Shown: positions 9,869 to 20,292, counted from the stretch's first letter. The stretch: 64,000 nt of DNA from Nannocystis pusilla (GCF_020073745.1 NZ_JAIRAU010000047.1:285990-349989); one strand, 5' to 3'. Notes: generated from the sequence alone by a model not told the origin. Translations and numbers: made by a program.

Positions 9869-12027
9869 GCCTCATCTTCGCCCTGCTCGCCGCCCTCGCC
9901 CCCGCCCGCGCGCGGGCCGACGACCTGCGGCTGTGGCACGCCTACCGCGACGCCGAGGCCGCCGCCCTGGTCGAGGTCGTCGAGCGCTTCAGCGCGGCCA
10001 CCGGCCACCGCGTCGAGCTGCTGGCCGTCGCCCACGAGAGCTTCGCCAGCAAGCTGGTGGCGACCATCCCGCGCGGCCAGGGGCCCGACGTCTTCATCGA
10101 CTCGCACGAGCGCCTCGGCGACTACCGCCAGCGCGCCCTCGTCGGCCCGGCGACCGCGGCGCTCGACGACCCCGCCGTCTACTCCGCGCAGTCGCTGGCC
10201 GCGGTCACCCGGGACGGCGTCGTCTGGGGCGTGCCGCTGAGCGCCAAGTCGGTCGCCCTGTTCGTCAACACCGGTCTCGTCGGACATGTCCCGAAGACCC
10301 TGGAGGAGATCGCCGCGCTGTCGCTGCCCGCCGGCGTCTACCCGCTCGCCTACGAGGCCCAGAGCGCCTACGGTCACATGCCGCTGCTTGCGGCCTTCGG
10401 CGGGCGCATGCTCGCCGAGGACGCCTCCTTCGGGTTCGTCGGACCGGCCGCCGAGCGCTCGCTGGCGTTCGCGCGCGAGCTCGCCGAGCGCGGCGCCGTC
10501 CCGCGCGACGCCGACGGTGCGCTGGTCGCCGACCTGTTCCGCAGCGGTCGGGCCGCGTTCGCGATCAGCGGTCCGTGGCTGGTCGGCGACCTCGCGCAGG
10601 TCCGCTTCGCCTGGCGCGTCATCCCGCTGCCCGTCGTCGCCGAGACCGGCCTGCCGATGCGCCCGCCGCTGACCGTCGAGGCCGCCATGCTGTCGCCGCA
10701 GGGCGCCGCCAAGCCGGCCGCGCTGGCCCTGGCCCGCGCTCTCGGCGGCGCCGACGCGGCCGAGCTGCGCCAGCGCCAGGCCGGCACCCTGTCCGTGAGG
10801 ACAGACGTACCTGTCCCCGAGGACAACCCCGTCCTCGCCGGCTTCCGCGCCCAGGCCGAGCTCGCCGAGCCGATGTCGGCCGACCCGGCGATGCGCTCGA
10901 CCTGGGAGCCGGCCTTCCGCGCGATCCGCAAGGTCCTGCGCGGCCAGGCCGACCCCGCCGAGGCCCTCGCCGAGGCCGCGCACCGCTTCGCCGACGTGCG
11001 CCGCCCCCCGCCGGCCGCCGCCTCGCCGACCCCCGCGCTGTTGCTGCTCGGCCTCGGCCTCCTGCTCGTCGCGTTCCACCTCGTCCGCCGCGCCCGCGAC
11101 CCCGACGCGCGCCAGGCATTGCGCCGCTCGCTGCCCGCCTACCGCTATGTCGCCCACAGCGTCGTCGTCGTCGGCCTGCTGGTGTTCGTCCCGCTGATCG
11201 TCGGCGCCGCCACCTCGCTGTTCGCCGGCCGCCCCGGCGAGGGCTACTACGTCGGCCTCGCCAACTTCGTCGAGATCCTCACCGCCCGCGGCGGCCCCCT
11301 GCTCGCCACCGGCTCGTTCTGGTTCGTCCTCCTCGTCACCTTCCTGTGGACGGCCGTCAACGTCGTCCTCCACCTCGGCATCGGCCTCGCGCTCGGCCTC
11401 GTGCTGTCGCGCCCGACCCTGCGCCTGCGCGCGCTCTACCGCGTGCTGCTGATCATCCCCTGGGCCGTCCCCAGCTACGTCACCGCCCTGGCGTGGAAGG
11501 GCATGTTCCACCAGCAGTACGGCGCCGTCACCGGCCTGATCCACGCCGTCAACGACCTGTTCGGCACCAGCGTCGAGCCGATCGCCTGGTTCTCGCGCTT
11601 CGCCACCGCCTTCGCCGCCAACGTCGCCACCAACGTGTGGCTCGGCTTCCCCTTCATGATGGTCGTCACCCTCGGCGCGCTCACGGCCGTGCCCGCCGAC
11701 GTGCTCGAGGCCGCCGAGGTCGACGGCGCCTCGCGCTGGCAACGCCTCACCCGCGTCACCCTGCCGATGATCCGCCCCGCCCTCGCCCCGGCCGTCACCC
11801 TCGGCGCGATCTGGACCTTCAACATGTTCAACGTCGTGTTCCTCGTCTCGGGCGGCGACCCCGACGGCGCGACCGACATCCTCGTCAGCGAGGCCTACCG
11901 CTGGGCCTTCACCCGCGAGGCCCAGTACGGCTACGCCGCCGCCTACGCCGTCCTGATCTTCCTGCTCCTGCTCGTCACCACCCGCCTGCCGGCCTGGCTG
12001 GCCCGCCGCTCGGAGGCCGCGCGATGA
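9832..12027 (+). CDS. fused maltose/maltodextrin-binding protein (MalE-like) and ABC permease (MalF-like)
   Basis: Single stop-free frame. Signal peptide 'MSPRTGSFAHVLCLIFALLAALAPARARA'. The MalE-like solute-binding domain is followed, without a stop, by a permease with the EAA-type motif 'EAAEVDGASRWQRLTRVTLPMIRPAL'. An alternative start at ATG 9784 overlaps the malK stop. The N-terminus is encoded by a 6-unit palindromic array. Confidence 0.7.
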   Translation: MSPRTGSFAHVLCLIFALLAALAPARARADDLRLWHAYRDAEAAALVEVVERFSAATGHRVELLAVAHESFASKLVATIPRGQGPDVFIDSHERLGDYRQRALVGPATAALDDPAVYSAQSLAAVTRDGVVWGVPLSAKSVALFVNTGLVGHVPKTLEEIAALSLPAGVYPLAYEAQSAYGHMPLLAAFGGRMLAEDASFGFVGPAAERSLAFARELAERGAVPRDADGALVADLFRSGRAAFAISGPWLVGDLAQVRFAWRVIPLPVVAETGLPMRPPLTVEAAMLSPQGAAKPAALALARALGGADAAELRQRQAGTLSVRTDVPVPEDNPVLAGFRAQAELAEPMSADPAMRSTWEPAFRAIRKVLRGQADPAEALAEAAHRFADVRRPPPAAASPTPALLLLGLGLLLVAFHLVRRARDPDARQALRRSLPAYRYVAHSVVVVGLLVFVPLIVGAATSLFAGRPGEGYYVGLANFVEILTARGGPLLATGSFWFVLLVTFLWTAVNVVLHLGIGLALGLVLSRPTLRLRALYRVLLIIPWAVPSYVTALAWKGMFHQQYGAVTGLIHAVNDLFGTSVEPIAWFSRFATAFAANVATNVWLGFPFMMVVTLGALTAVPADVLEAAEVDGASRWQRLTRVTLPMIRPALAPAVTLGAIWTFNMFNVVFLVSGGDPDGATDILVSEAYRWAFTREAQYGYAAAYAVLIFLLLLVTTRLPAWLARRSEAAR

Positions 12028-12074
12028 CCCACCGCCGACGCCCGTCTCGTCGCCCCCCGCCGACGCGTCCCTTC

Positions 12075-12127
12075 GAGCATGCCCCTGCGACCATGTCCTT
12101 CGGGTCATGCCCCTCACGACATGCCCT
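12075..12127. repeat. four-unit phased array of GMCATG(Y)CC units (period 14-15 bp) in the malF-malG intergenic region
   Basis: 'gagcatgcccc tgcga ccatgtcc ttcggg tcatgcccc tcacg acatgccc'. Confidence 0.8.
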
Positions 12128-12163
12128 GACGACCATCCACCCCGCCATCATCGAGGTCGGCCG

Positions 12164-13042
12164 ATGAGCCCGTCCGGCCAGGGCCGCAGGGTCGGCCTCG
12201 TCGAGTCGATCGGCGCCCACCTGCTGCTGATCGTCGCCGTCGCGTTCGCCCTCTACCCTGTCCTTTGGGTCATCTCGCTCGCCTTCTCCGGCGCCGTCGA
12301 GCCGACCGCGCGGGTGATCCCGGTCCCGATCGAGCCGACCCTCGAGCACCTGCGCGGCGTCGCCTTCTCGACCCTCGAGGTGCCCGGCGGCCCCGACCGG
12401 TGGTTGTTCGGCCTGCAGCTCGCCAACTCGATCGTCATCAGCCTGGCGACCGCGCTGGTCGGCGTCGTCATCGCCGTGCCGACCGCCTACGCTCTGGCCC
12501 GCTTCGAGTTCGTCGGCAAGGACTCGGGCGTGCGCGCGCTGCTGGCCACGCAGATGTTCCCTGCGGTCGCCAGCGCGATCCCCCTCTACATCATCCTCGA
12601 CGGCCTCGGTTTGCTCGGCACCCGCTCGGGCCTGGTCCTCTGCTACGCCACCACCGCCGTCCCGTTCGCCATCTTCCAGCTGCGCGGCGCCTTCGAGACC
12701 ATCCCGCGCGACCTCGAGGAGGCCGCCATGGTCGACGGCGCGACCCGCTTCGAGGCCTTCCGCAAGGTCGTCCTGCCCGCCGCGCGCCCCGCCATCGCCG
12801 TCACCGCGCTGTTCGCCTTCATGAGCGCCTACAACGAGTTCGTGCTGGCCCACACCATGCTCGGCCGCGAGGAGATGTACACCGTCCCGGTGGTGCTGCA
12901 GCGCTACATCTCCGAGTTCAGCGCCGACTGGCCCAAGTTCGCCGCCGGCTCGCTGATCGTCTCGATCCCGGTGATGGTCCTCTTCTACATCGCCCAGCGC
13001 CACCTCATCGCCGGCCTCACCGCTGGCGGCGTCAAGGGCTGA
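12164..13042 (+). CDS. malG: ABC transporter permease MalG-like
   Basis: 292 aa. An ABC transmembrane type-1 permease: multiple TM segments and an EAA-type motif ('EEAAMVDGATRFEAFRKVVLPAARPA'). Confidence 0.85.
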   Translation: MSPSGQGRRVGLVESIGAHLLLIVAVAFALYPVLWVISLAFSGAVEPTARVIPVPIEPTLEHLRGVAFSTLEVPGGPDRWLFGLQLANSIVISLATALVGVVIAVPTAYALARFEFVGKDSGVRALLATQMFPAVASAIPLYIILDGLGLLGTRSGLVLCYATTAVPFAIFQLRGAFETIPRDLEEAAMVDGATRFEAFRKVVLPAARPAIAVTALFAFMSAYNEFVLAHTMLGREEMYTVPVVLQRYISEFSADWPKFAAGSLIVSIPVMVLFYIAQRHLIAGLTAGGVKG

Positions 13043-13256
13043 CGGGCGAGCGAGCGCAATGATGGCACTGTGATGTTCGCCCGGAGGCCGCGGCCCCCAC
13101 GAAACACAATGCACATACCGGGCTTCGGCCCCACGAAACGCATCACGCTCGTTTTCGCCCCAGCATGCGTTCGGCAAATTTCACACCAGGCCGTGAATCC
13201 AACCCGCGGTCGCCGCATTCCAAGCCTGGAACTCTCAGCCCACCCTGGAGAATCTC

Positions 13257-15344
13257 ATGCGCCGTCCTCTGCTCCTGACCCTCGGCCTCGTCTTCGCCGG
13301 CTGTAGCGGCCAGCCCGCCGAACCCACCCCGGCCAAGCCCGCCGCCGCCAAGCCCACTCCGGAGGCCGCGCCGCCCGCCGCCGCGCCCGAGCTCATCCCG
13401 CGCGAGGCGCTGTTCGGCAACCCCGAGCGGGCCAACGTGCAGATCAGCCCCGACGGCAAGTACCTCAGCTGGGTCGCGCCGGTCGACGGCGTGCTCAACG
13501 TCCACGTCGCGCCAGCCGACGAGCCCGCCAAGGCGCGCGCCGTCACCAGCGACAAGGCGCGAGGCATCGTCCAGTACTTCTGGGCCTACAAGCCGGACAC
13601 CCTGCTGTACCTGCGCGACACCGGCGGCGACGAGGACTACCACCTCCACGCCGTCGACCTCACCAGCGGCGAGAGCCGCGACCTCTCGCCCTTTCCGAAG
13701 ACACGCGCTCAGGTCGACGGCGTCAGCCACCTCCACCCCGAGTCCGTGCTCGTCGGGATGAACGACCGCGATCGCCAGTGGCACGACGTCTACCGCGTCG
13801 ACCTCGCCACCGGCCAGCGCACGCTGGTCGCCCGCAACGACCACAAGATCGCCGGCTACATCGCCGACGCCGACTTCAAGCTGCGCCTCGCCACGCGCGC
13901 CCGCGAAGACGGCGGCATCGACGTCCTCCAGTCCGACGGCAAGAACGGCTGGAAGGACCTCGAGCAGATCCCGTTCGACGACTCGCTGAGCACCGGCTAC
14001 GGCGGCATCACCGTCGACGGCAAGACCGCCTACCTCCGTGAGTCGCGCGACCGCAACACCGTCGCCCTCTACGCGGTCGACCTCGCCACGCGCGAGCGCA
14101 AGCTCGTGTTCGAAGATCCGCGGGCCGACATCAGCGGCGTGCTCGCCGACCCGCAGACCGGCGAGGTGCAGGCGGTCGCCTCCAACTACCTGCGCGAGGA
14201 GTGGAAGGCCGTCGACTCCGGCATCGAGGCCGACCTCAAGAAGCTGCAGGCGCTCGGTCCCGGCGTGATCGGCGTCGGCGCCCGCACGCTCGACGACAAG
14301 ACCTGGATCGTCACCTACTCGGCCGCCGAGGCGCCCGCGATCTACTACCGCTACGACCGCGGCGGCGAGCCGCAGAAGTTGTTCTCGGCCCGACCCGCGC
14401 TCGACGGCAAGCCGCTGGTGAAGCAGTGGCCGCAGGAGATCCCGTCGCGCGACGGCCTCAAGCTGGTCAGCTACCTCAGCCTGCCGCTCGTGGCCGACCC
14501 CGACCAGGACGGCAAGGCGAACACCGCCGTCCCGCTGGTGCTCTACGTCCACGGCGGCCCGTGGGCGCGCGACACCTACGGCTACGCCGCCTCGCCGCAG
14601 TGGCTGGCCAACCGCGGCTACGCGGTGCTGCAGGTCAACTATCGCGGCTCGACCGGCTTCGGCAAGGACTTCGTCAACAAGTCCAACTACGAGTGGTCGG
14701 GCAAGATGCACGACGACCTGCTCGACGCCGTCAACTGGGCCGTCAAGCAGGGCGTCACCACCGAGGACCAGGTCGCGATCATGGGCGGCAGCTACGGCGG
14801 CTACGCCACCCTGGTCGGCCTGACCTTCACGCCCGACACCTTCAAGTGCGGCGTCGACGTCGTCGGCCCCTCCAACCTCAACACCCTGTTCGCCACCTTC
14901 CCGGCCTACTGGGCCAGCTTCATGAACCAGTGGTACATGCGCGTCGGCGACTCGCGCACCGAGGACGGCAAGAAGCAGCTGCTCGAGCGCTCGCCGATCA
15001 GCCGCGTCGATCGCATCAAGAAGCCGCTGCTGATCGCCCAGGGCGCCAACGACCCGCGCGTCAGCCAGGCCGAGAGCGACCAGATCGTCGCCGCCATGCA
15101 GGCCAAGAAGATCCCGGTCACCTACGTGCTGTTCCCCGACGAGGGCCACGGCTTCGCCCGCGCGGCGAACAGCACCGCCTTCAACGCCGTCGCCGAGGGC
15201 TTCCTCGGCGCCTGCCTCGGCGGTCGCGTCGAGCCGATCGGCAAGGACTTCACCGGCTCGAGCATCACCGTCCCGGCCGGCGCCGACGGCGTGCCCGGCC
15301 TGACCGAGGCCCTGCAGTCGCACACGCAGCAGATCAAGAAGTGA
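13257..15344 (+). CDS. S9 family serine peptidase (prolyl oligopeptidase/dipeptidyl aminopeptidase-like), lipoprotein
   Basis: 695 aa. Lipobox 'LVFAGC'. N-terminal beta-propeller region. C-terminal alpha/beta hydrolase with GxSxGG 'GGSYGGY' and an Asp/His region ('QGANDPRV', 'EGHGF'). Confidence 0.85.
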   Translation: MRRPLLLTLGLVFAGCSGQPAEPTPAKPAAAKPTPEAAPPAAAPELIPREALFGNPERANVQISPDGKYLSWVAPVDGVLNVHVAPADEPAKARAVTSDKARGIVQYFWAYKPDTLLYLRDTGGDEDYHLHAVDLTSGESRDLSPFPKTRAQVDGVSHLHPESVLVGMNDRDRQWHDVYRVDLATGQRTLVARNDHKIAGYIADADFKLRLATRAREDGGIDVLQSDGKNGWKDLEQIPFDDSLSTGYGGITVDGKTAYLRESRDRNTVALYAVDLATRERKLVFEDPRADISGVLADPQTGEVQAVASNYLREEWKAVDSGIEADLKKLQALGPGVIGVGARTLDDKTWIVTYSAAEAPAIYYRYDRGGEPQKLFSARPALDGKPLVKQWPQEIPSRDGLKLVSYLSLPLVADPDQDGKANTAVPLVLYVHGGPWARDTYGYAASPQWLANRGYAVLQVNYRGSTGFGKDFVNKSNYEWSGKMHDDLLDAVNWAVKQGVTTEDQVAIMGGSYGGYATLVGLTFTPDTFKCGVDVVGPSNLNTLFATFPAYWASFMNQWYMRVGDSRTEDGKKQLLERSPISRVDRIKKPLLIAQGANDPRVSQAESDQIVAAMQAKKIPVTYVLFPDEGHGFARAANSTAFNAVAEGFLGACLGGRVEPIGKDFTGSSITVPAGADGVPGLTEALQSHTQQIKK

Positions 15345-15655
15345 GCGCCTGACGCTCGACGCCAGCGACACGACCCGGCCGGGCCCGCCCGGCCTGAGCG
15401 GGTCGCTGTCGCACACGCAGACCGCACGAAGCGAGCGCCTGTCGATCTTGCAACCTCCTCGCGTCTCCCGACCTGTCGAGCCCGCGACGCGGGATCGACC
15501 GGCTCGATCGCAGCGGATCCAGGGCGTTAAGCGACTCCTTGCCGCGGAGCGCCCCGCGGCGAGTCGACCTCGAGCGACCTCTCGCCGCCGCCGCGCGGAT
15601 GCGACCTGCCCGATGAGCCAGGCCCAAGCTCTGCACCTGTCCCAAAGACCAGCCG

Positions 15656-17944
15656 TTGCACCGCTCGCGCACGATTTTGCTATCGTCGTCTGCCGTGCCC
15701 GAGACGGAGCTCTCAGAGGCCGCGCGAGGTTCGCCCCCCGACCCCGCCGCGGCGACAGGCCGTGCGACCTCGACGCGGCCGACCGGCGCGCACCGGATCG
15801 CCAGCGCCGAGGTGACCGGCTTCTTCGACGCGCTGCCGCACGGCACCGTGTTGATGCGGCTGTGGGCCCGCTTCGGCCTGCTCATGGGCCAGCAGCTGGC
15901 CCGGGTCGTGCGCGACGACCACGTGTTCCTGATCGTCATGGCCGCGGTCGTCGGCACCACCAGCGGGATCGCGGCCGGCGCGTTGCTGGCGTGGATCGAC
16001 TACGCCTTCCGCCTGTTCCCGCGGCCCGAGGAGAGCAGCGCGCTGGTCCGCTGGGCCGCGGTCATCGGCGTCCCGGTGCTCGGCGGGCTCGCGGCCGGCG
16101 GCCTGCACTTCGTGCTGCGGCGGCTCATCCGGCAGCCGCTGGTCCAGAGCATCCCCGCCGTCATCGAGGCCATCGCCCGCAAGCAGGGCGCGATCGGCGG
16201 GCGCCAGGCCGTCATCGCCGGCGTCGGCACCGGCATCACGATCGGCAGCGGCGGCTCGTGCGGGCACGAGGGTCCCAGCGTCGCCATCGGCGCCGCCGTC
16301 GGCAGCGTGATGGCCCGCTTCTTCGGCCTGCGCATGCGCTGGCACCTGGCGATGGTCGGGGCCGGCTGCGCCGGCGGCCTCGCGGCGGCCTTCAACGCCC
16401 CGCTGGCCGGCGTCGTGTTCACCGTCGAGATCGTGTTCGGCGGCGCCATCGGCGGCAACATCGGCACCATGTCGGTGTTCGTGCCGCTGATCGTCGCCGC
16501 GGTCGCCGGCACCTTCACCTCGCACGCGATCCGGGGCGAGCACCTGACCTTCACGACAGTCCAGCACGGCGACGCCATGCTCGCCGAGATGGGCCTATTC
16601 GTCGCCCTGGCCGTGCTCGCCGGGGTGCTCGGCACGCTCATGGGCCGGGCCGTCATCGGCATGACGAAGTGGTTCCAGGCGCTGAAGGCCCCCGTCCTGC
16701 TCAAGCCGGCGCTCGGGGCCCTCGGCGTCGGTGTGCTCGCCGCCGTCGTCTCCAACGACGTCCTCGGCGGCGGCCTCCCGACCATCAACGAGGCGCTGCA
16801 GGGCCACCTCGGCTGGCAGCTCGCGCTCGCGCTGCTCGGCCTCAAGATCGTCGCCACCGCGCTGACCGTCGGCAGCGGCGGCTTCGGCGGCGTGTTCACG
16901 CCCTCGCTGTACATCGGCGCCTGCCTCGGCACCGTCGTCGGCGCGCTCGCCAACTTCGCGCTCGGCCCCGCCGCCGAGTCGACCGCCGCCTACGCGCTCG
17001 TCGGCATGGGGGCGATCTTCGCCGCCACGATGCAGGCCCCGCTGACGCCGATCGTGATGATCTTCGAGCTCACCCGCGACTACCAGCTCATCCTCCCGCT
17101 GATGCTCGGCTGCATCCTCGCGGTGTTCGTGGCCCGCCGCATGTCGCCGCGCAGCCTGTTCCAGGAGGTCCTCCACCAGCAGGGCGTGGTGCTCGGGCAC
17201 GAGGCCGAGGTCGAGGTCATGAAGCGCGGCCACGTCGCCGACCTCATGCGCCCGCCGCCGCGTACTCTGTCCGAAGGGACAGGTGCCGCCGAGGTCCGGC
17301 GCGTCGCCCTCGACGAGGGCCGCTCGCCGTTCGTCGTCGACGACACCGGTGCCGTGGTCGGCTTCATCGACGCCGACCTGCTGGCCAAGCGCGTCCTCCA
17401 CGGCGACGTCCCGGCCGACGCCGCCGCGCGCGACCTCATGTCCGACGTCCAGCTCGCCCTCCTCTACCCGACCGACACCCTCGCCGGCGCGATGCTGGCC
17501 TCGGCGCGCGCCGCCGTCGAGGTCCTGCCGGTCGTCGACCACGAGCACCGGCTCGTCGGCGTCATCCGCCGCGGCGACCTGCTCGCCCACTACAGCGACA
17601 AGGTGCTCGGCCAGCAGGAAGAGGCCGTGCACATGCACACCACCGGCGGCGCCGTCCACGGCCACGAGGTCGGCCTCGGCAAGGGCACGATCCTCGACCA
17701 CATCGTCGTCGGCCGCCGCTGGGCCGGCCGCACCCTCGCCGACCTCGCCCTGCGCTCCCAGACCGGCGCCACCGTGGTCGAGTGGCTGCGCGGCGACGCC
17801 CCGCTGGCGCTCGACCCCAACGCCCCGCTGCAGCACAACGACGTCCTGGCGATCGTCGGCACCCGCGAGCAGATCCTCGCCGCCCGGCGCATGGGCCCGA
17901 CCCACCCCGGCGTGCCTGTCACCCCGCCGCCGATGCGCCCTTGA
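15656..17944 (+). CDS. ClC family voltage-gated chloride channel with C-terminal CBS pair and RCK/TrkA-C domain
   Basis: 762 aa. ClC selectivity motifs 'GSGGSCGHEGP' and 'GGFGGVFTPSLYIGA'. C-terminal CBS-like and TrkA-C-like regions. The start is uncertain. Confidence 0.8.
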   Translation: MHRSRTILLSSSAVPETELSEAARGSPPDPAAATGRATSTRPTGAHRIASAEVTGFFDALPHGTVLMRLWARFGLLMGQQLARVVRDDHVFLIVMAAVVGTTSGIAAGALLAWIDYAFRLFPRPEESSALVRWAAVIGVPVLGGLAAGGLHFVLRRLIRQPLVQSIPAVIEAIARKQGAIGGRQAVIAGVGTGITIGSGGSCGHEGPSVAIGAAVGSVMARFFGLRMRWHLAMVGAGCAGGLAAAFNAPLAGVVFTVEIVFGGAIGGNIGTMSVFVPLIVAAVAGTFTSHAIRGEHLTFTTVQHGDAMLAEMGLFVALAVLAGVLGTLMGRAVIGMTKWFQALKAPVLLKPALGALGVGVLAAVVSNDVLGGGLPTINEALQGHLGWQLALALLGLKIVATALTVGSGGFGGVFTPSLYIGACLGTVVGALANFALGPAAESTAAYALVGMGAIFAATMQAPLTPIVMIFELTRDYQLILPLMLGCILAVFVARRMSPRSLFQEVLHQQGVVLGHEAEVEVMKRGHVADLMRPPPRTLSEGTGAAEVRRVALDEGRSPFVVDDTGAVVGFIDADLLAKRVLHGDVPADAAARDLMSDVQLALLYPTDTLAGAMLASARAAVEVLPVVDHEHRLVGVIRRGDLLAHYSDKVLGQQEEAVHMHTTGGAVHGHEVGLGKGTILDHIVVGRRWAGRTLADLALRSQTGATVVEWLRGDAPLALDPNAPLQHNDVLAIVGTREQILAARRMGPTHPGVPVTPPPMRP

Positions 17945-18290
17945 GGACATGCTCTCCAAAACATGTCCTCCAAAACATTATCGTAAGGACATGTCCTCGA
18001 CGGCCTCCTGCTCGCCCCTCCTTCGGCGCCCAGCGCTGCGCCGCCGGGCCCCCACTGCGCGGAGCGCCGCCTCGCTCGCCGCGCCGGGAAGGACTGGTCC
18101 TGCGCACCGACGCCGGCCGTTTGATGTCCACCATCCTCGTCATTCCCCGCCCGGCTCGAGCCACGCTCTCGCCGCTCGTGACGCCCCGCGACGACCTGTC
18201 CCGCCCGGACAGAGCGCCGCTCGCGTCGCTCTCGTGACCCCCGCGGCGCACCTGCTCCCCCGGGTTCGAGTCCCGCTCGCGTCGCCCGTC

Positions 18291-18806
18291 ATGACGCCTC
18301 GCGGCAAGACGCGCTACCCTCCGCCCGTGCCACACGACCCCCAGGGCTGGATCGACGCGCTTCACCTCGTCCCGCACCCCGAGGGCGGGCACTACCGCGA
18401 GACCTACAGGGCCGGGCTCGCCGTCGAGCGCGACGGCCGGCGGCGCAGCGCCTCGACCGCGATCTACTACCTCCTGCGCCACGGCGAGCGCTCGCGGCTG
18501 CACCGGATCCGCAGCGACGAGCTGTGGCACTTCCACGCCGGCGACGGGCTCCAGGTCCACGTGTTCGACGCGCGCGGCCACGCCGTCCTGCGGCTCGGCC
18601 TCGACCTCGCGGCCGGCGAGGCCCCGCAGCAGTGGGTGGCCGCCGGCGCGTGGTTCGGCGCCGAGGTCGAGCGGCCGGGCGGCTGGGCGCTCGTCGGCTG
18701 CACCGTCGCCCCGGGCTTCGAGTTCGCCGACCTCGAATTCGCCGACCGCGACGCGCTCCTCCGCGCCCACCCGGCCCACGCCGACGTCATCGCCCGCCTC
18801 GCCTGA
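18291..18806 (+). CDS. cupin domain protein (DUF985-like)
   Basis: 171 aa starting at ATG 18291 (MTPRGKTRYPP...). 'HPEGGHYRETY' and 'WHFHAGD' resemble the DUF985 cupin family. Confidence 0.55.
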   Translation: MTPRGKTRYPPPVPHDPQGWIDALHLVPHPEGGHYRETYRAGLAVERDGRRRSASTAIYYLLRHGERSRLHRIRSDELWHFHAGDGLQVHVFDARGHAVLRLGLDLAAGEAPQQWVAAGAWFGAEVERPGGWALVGCTVAPGFEFADLEFADRDALLRAHPAHADVIARLA

Positions 18807-18926
18807 AGATCGCGGTCACGCGCCTGCGGCCCTGAATATTCCCCGGGAACCTCGCCGGGGCGGCGCTGTCTGCCGCTCCCGAGCGACGCGCGTGCGGCCG
18901 GTGGCGGCCGACCTGTCCGTCGCGAC

Positions 18927-19487
18927 ATGTCCATTTCGCCAGCTGACTCATCGCTGCCATCGGAGGACCCCGCCGTGCCCACCCGCAAGCCGCCCGAGGA
19001 AGAGACCGTCCAAGCCGACCTCCTGCCCGTCATGAACATCATGTTCTTGCTGATCCCCGCCTTGCTGCTGGCGATGGAGTTCGCCAGCATGGCCCAGATC
19101 TCGGTCGCCGTCCCGCGCACCGTCAGCGACGTGACCGCGCGGCCGAAGGATCCCGGCCAGCCCGAGCTCGGCTTCAAGGTGGCGATCGGCCGCGACGGCT
19201 TCCGCACCCGCTCCGGCGGCGCCGACGCCGGCCCGGGCACGATCCCCCTGAGCGGCGGCGCCTACGACTACGCCGCCCTCGCCGCCGCCGCCCGCGACCT
19301 CAAGCAGCTGTTCCCCACCGAGTCGACCGTCACAATCACCGCCGAGGGCGACGTGCCGATGGACGTCCTCGTCCGCACCATCGACGTCCTCCGCGGCGAC
19401 AGCTGCAAGCTCGGCGGCTGGGCCCGCGGCGAGCAGCCCGGCGACGGCTGCCTGTTCTGGACGCCGGTGATCGAGAGCGTCGGCTGA
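18927..19487 (+). CDS. ExbD/TolR-like biopolymer transport protein (tentative)
   Basis: 186 aa. Single N-terminal TM 'LLPVMNIMFLLIPALLLAM', similar to the ExbD signature, followed by a periplasmic domain. The start ATG lies inside a GACATGTCC palindromic unit. Confidence 0.4.
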   Translation: MSISPADSSLPSEDPAVPTRKPPEEETVQADLLPVMNIMFLLIPALLLAMEFASMAQISVAVPRTVSDVTARPKDPGQPELGFKVAIGRDGFRTRSGGADAGPGTIPLSGGAYDYAALAAAARDLKQLFPTESTVTITAEGDVPMDVLVRTIDVLRGDSCKLGGWARGEQPGDGCLFWTPVIESVG

Positions 19488-19858
19488 GCCCGCGGCTTCG
19501 AGCATCGCCCCCCGCGCCGTTGCCCGGGTGCTTTGGACATGTCTCACAAGACATGTCCATGAGAACATCTCATTGCCGGCCCAAGGTCCGCGCGGCCGCG
19601 TGCCCCGCAGGTCGCCTCACCTTGACGAGCAGTCTCCTGACGCCTCCGGGCCGCTGCAAGGCCGCCCACGCCGCCAGGTCGGGGGGCCCCGCAACGGGCG
19701 CAGCTTCACGCGACCTCACGCGTGCGCGAAGCGCGGCTCGCCCTTCCGCCCAGGCGCGAGGCGACGCTCGCGCTCGCGCGGCGAGCGGCGGCATTCGCCG
19801 CGACGCTGAATGAGGATCGCCGGCGCGCGTTCTCGCGCCCCGCGCGCGCTCGCGCGCC

Positions 19859-20194
19859 TCAGTACTCCTCGACCCACTCCGCCACGGGCGTGCCCTCACC
19901 GGCGTGGCGCTCGAGGATGACCGGCAGCATCTCCTCGGTCACCCCCGGATAGAACCCGCGTCCGCTGACGTCGCGGGGCTCGACGTCCCCGTTCTCGCCG
20001 GGGGCCAGCGGCCGCACGAACACGTTGGGCCCCTCGCTGCAGCGGCCGAAGCAGTTGTAGGCGACCACGTGGCAGCGCGGCTTCAGCCCGGGGTCGGCCG
20101 CGATCCCCGCCTTGAGCAGCGTCACCAGGCGCTCGCTCTCATGGGTGATGCCGCAGCTCGGCCCGTCGCAGACGAGGATCTGAAACCTTCGCAT
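19859..20194 (-). CDS. thioredoxin-like [2Fe-2S] ferredoxin
   Basis: 111 aa. Four Cys in the arrangement 'CDGPSC...C..C' ('LVCDGPSCG', 'YNCFGRCSEGP'), typical of [2Fe-2S] ferredoxins of the NuoE/thioredoxin-like fold. Confidence 0.7.
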   Translation of the reverse strand: MRRFQILVCDGPSCGITHESERLVTLLKAGIAADPGLKPRCHVVAYNCFGRCSEGPNVFVRPLAPGENGDVEPRDVSGRGFYPGVTEEMLPVILERHAGEGTPVAEWVEEY

Positions 20195-20292
20195 GGCGCC
20201 CGGGCCTTGTAGCGAACAACGCCCAGGCCCCGCAAGTCGCCCGTCTGCCGGTTTTTTGGCGGTCCGCGGTCCGGCGAGTAGCGTCTCGCTCC

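Noticed and set aside
13143-15416. Very long ORFs in the ORF track with no recognisable motifs: 757-aa minus-strand ORF 13143..15416, 1469-aa frame 7618..12027, 2293..4311, 15448..18237, 48954..53390 and 49997..53539.
   Set aside because: At about 70% GC, stop codons are rare in all frames. These overlap well-supported genes on the other strand or frame (S9 peptidase, ClC channel, giant repeat protein) and have Arg/Ala/Pro-dominated noise composition.
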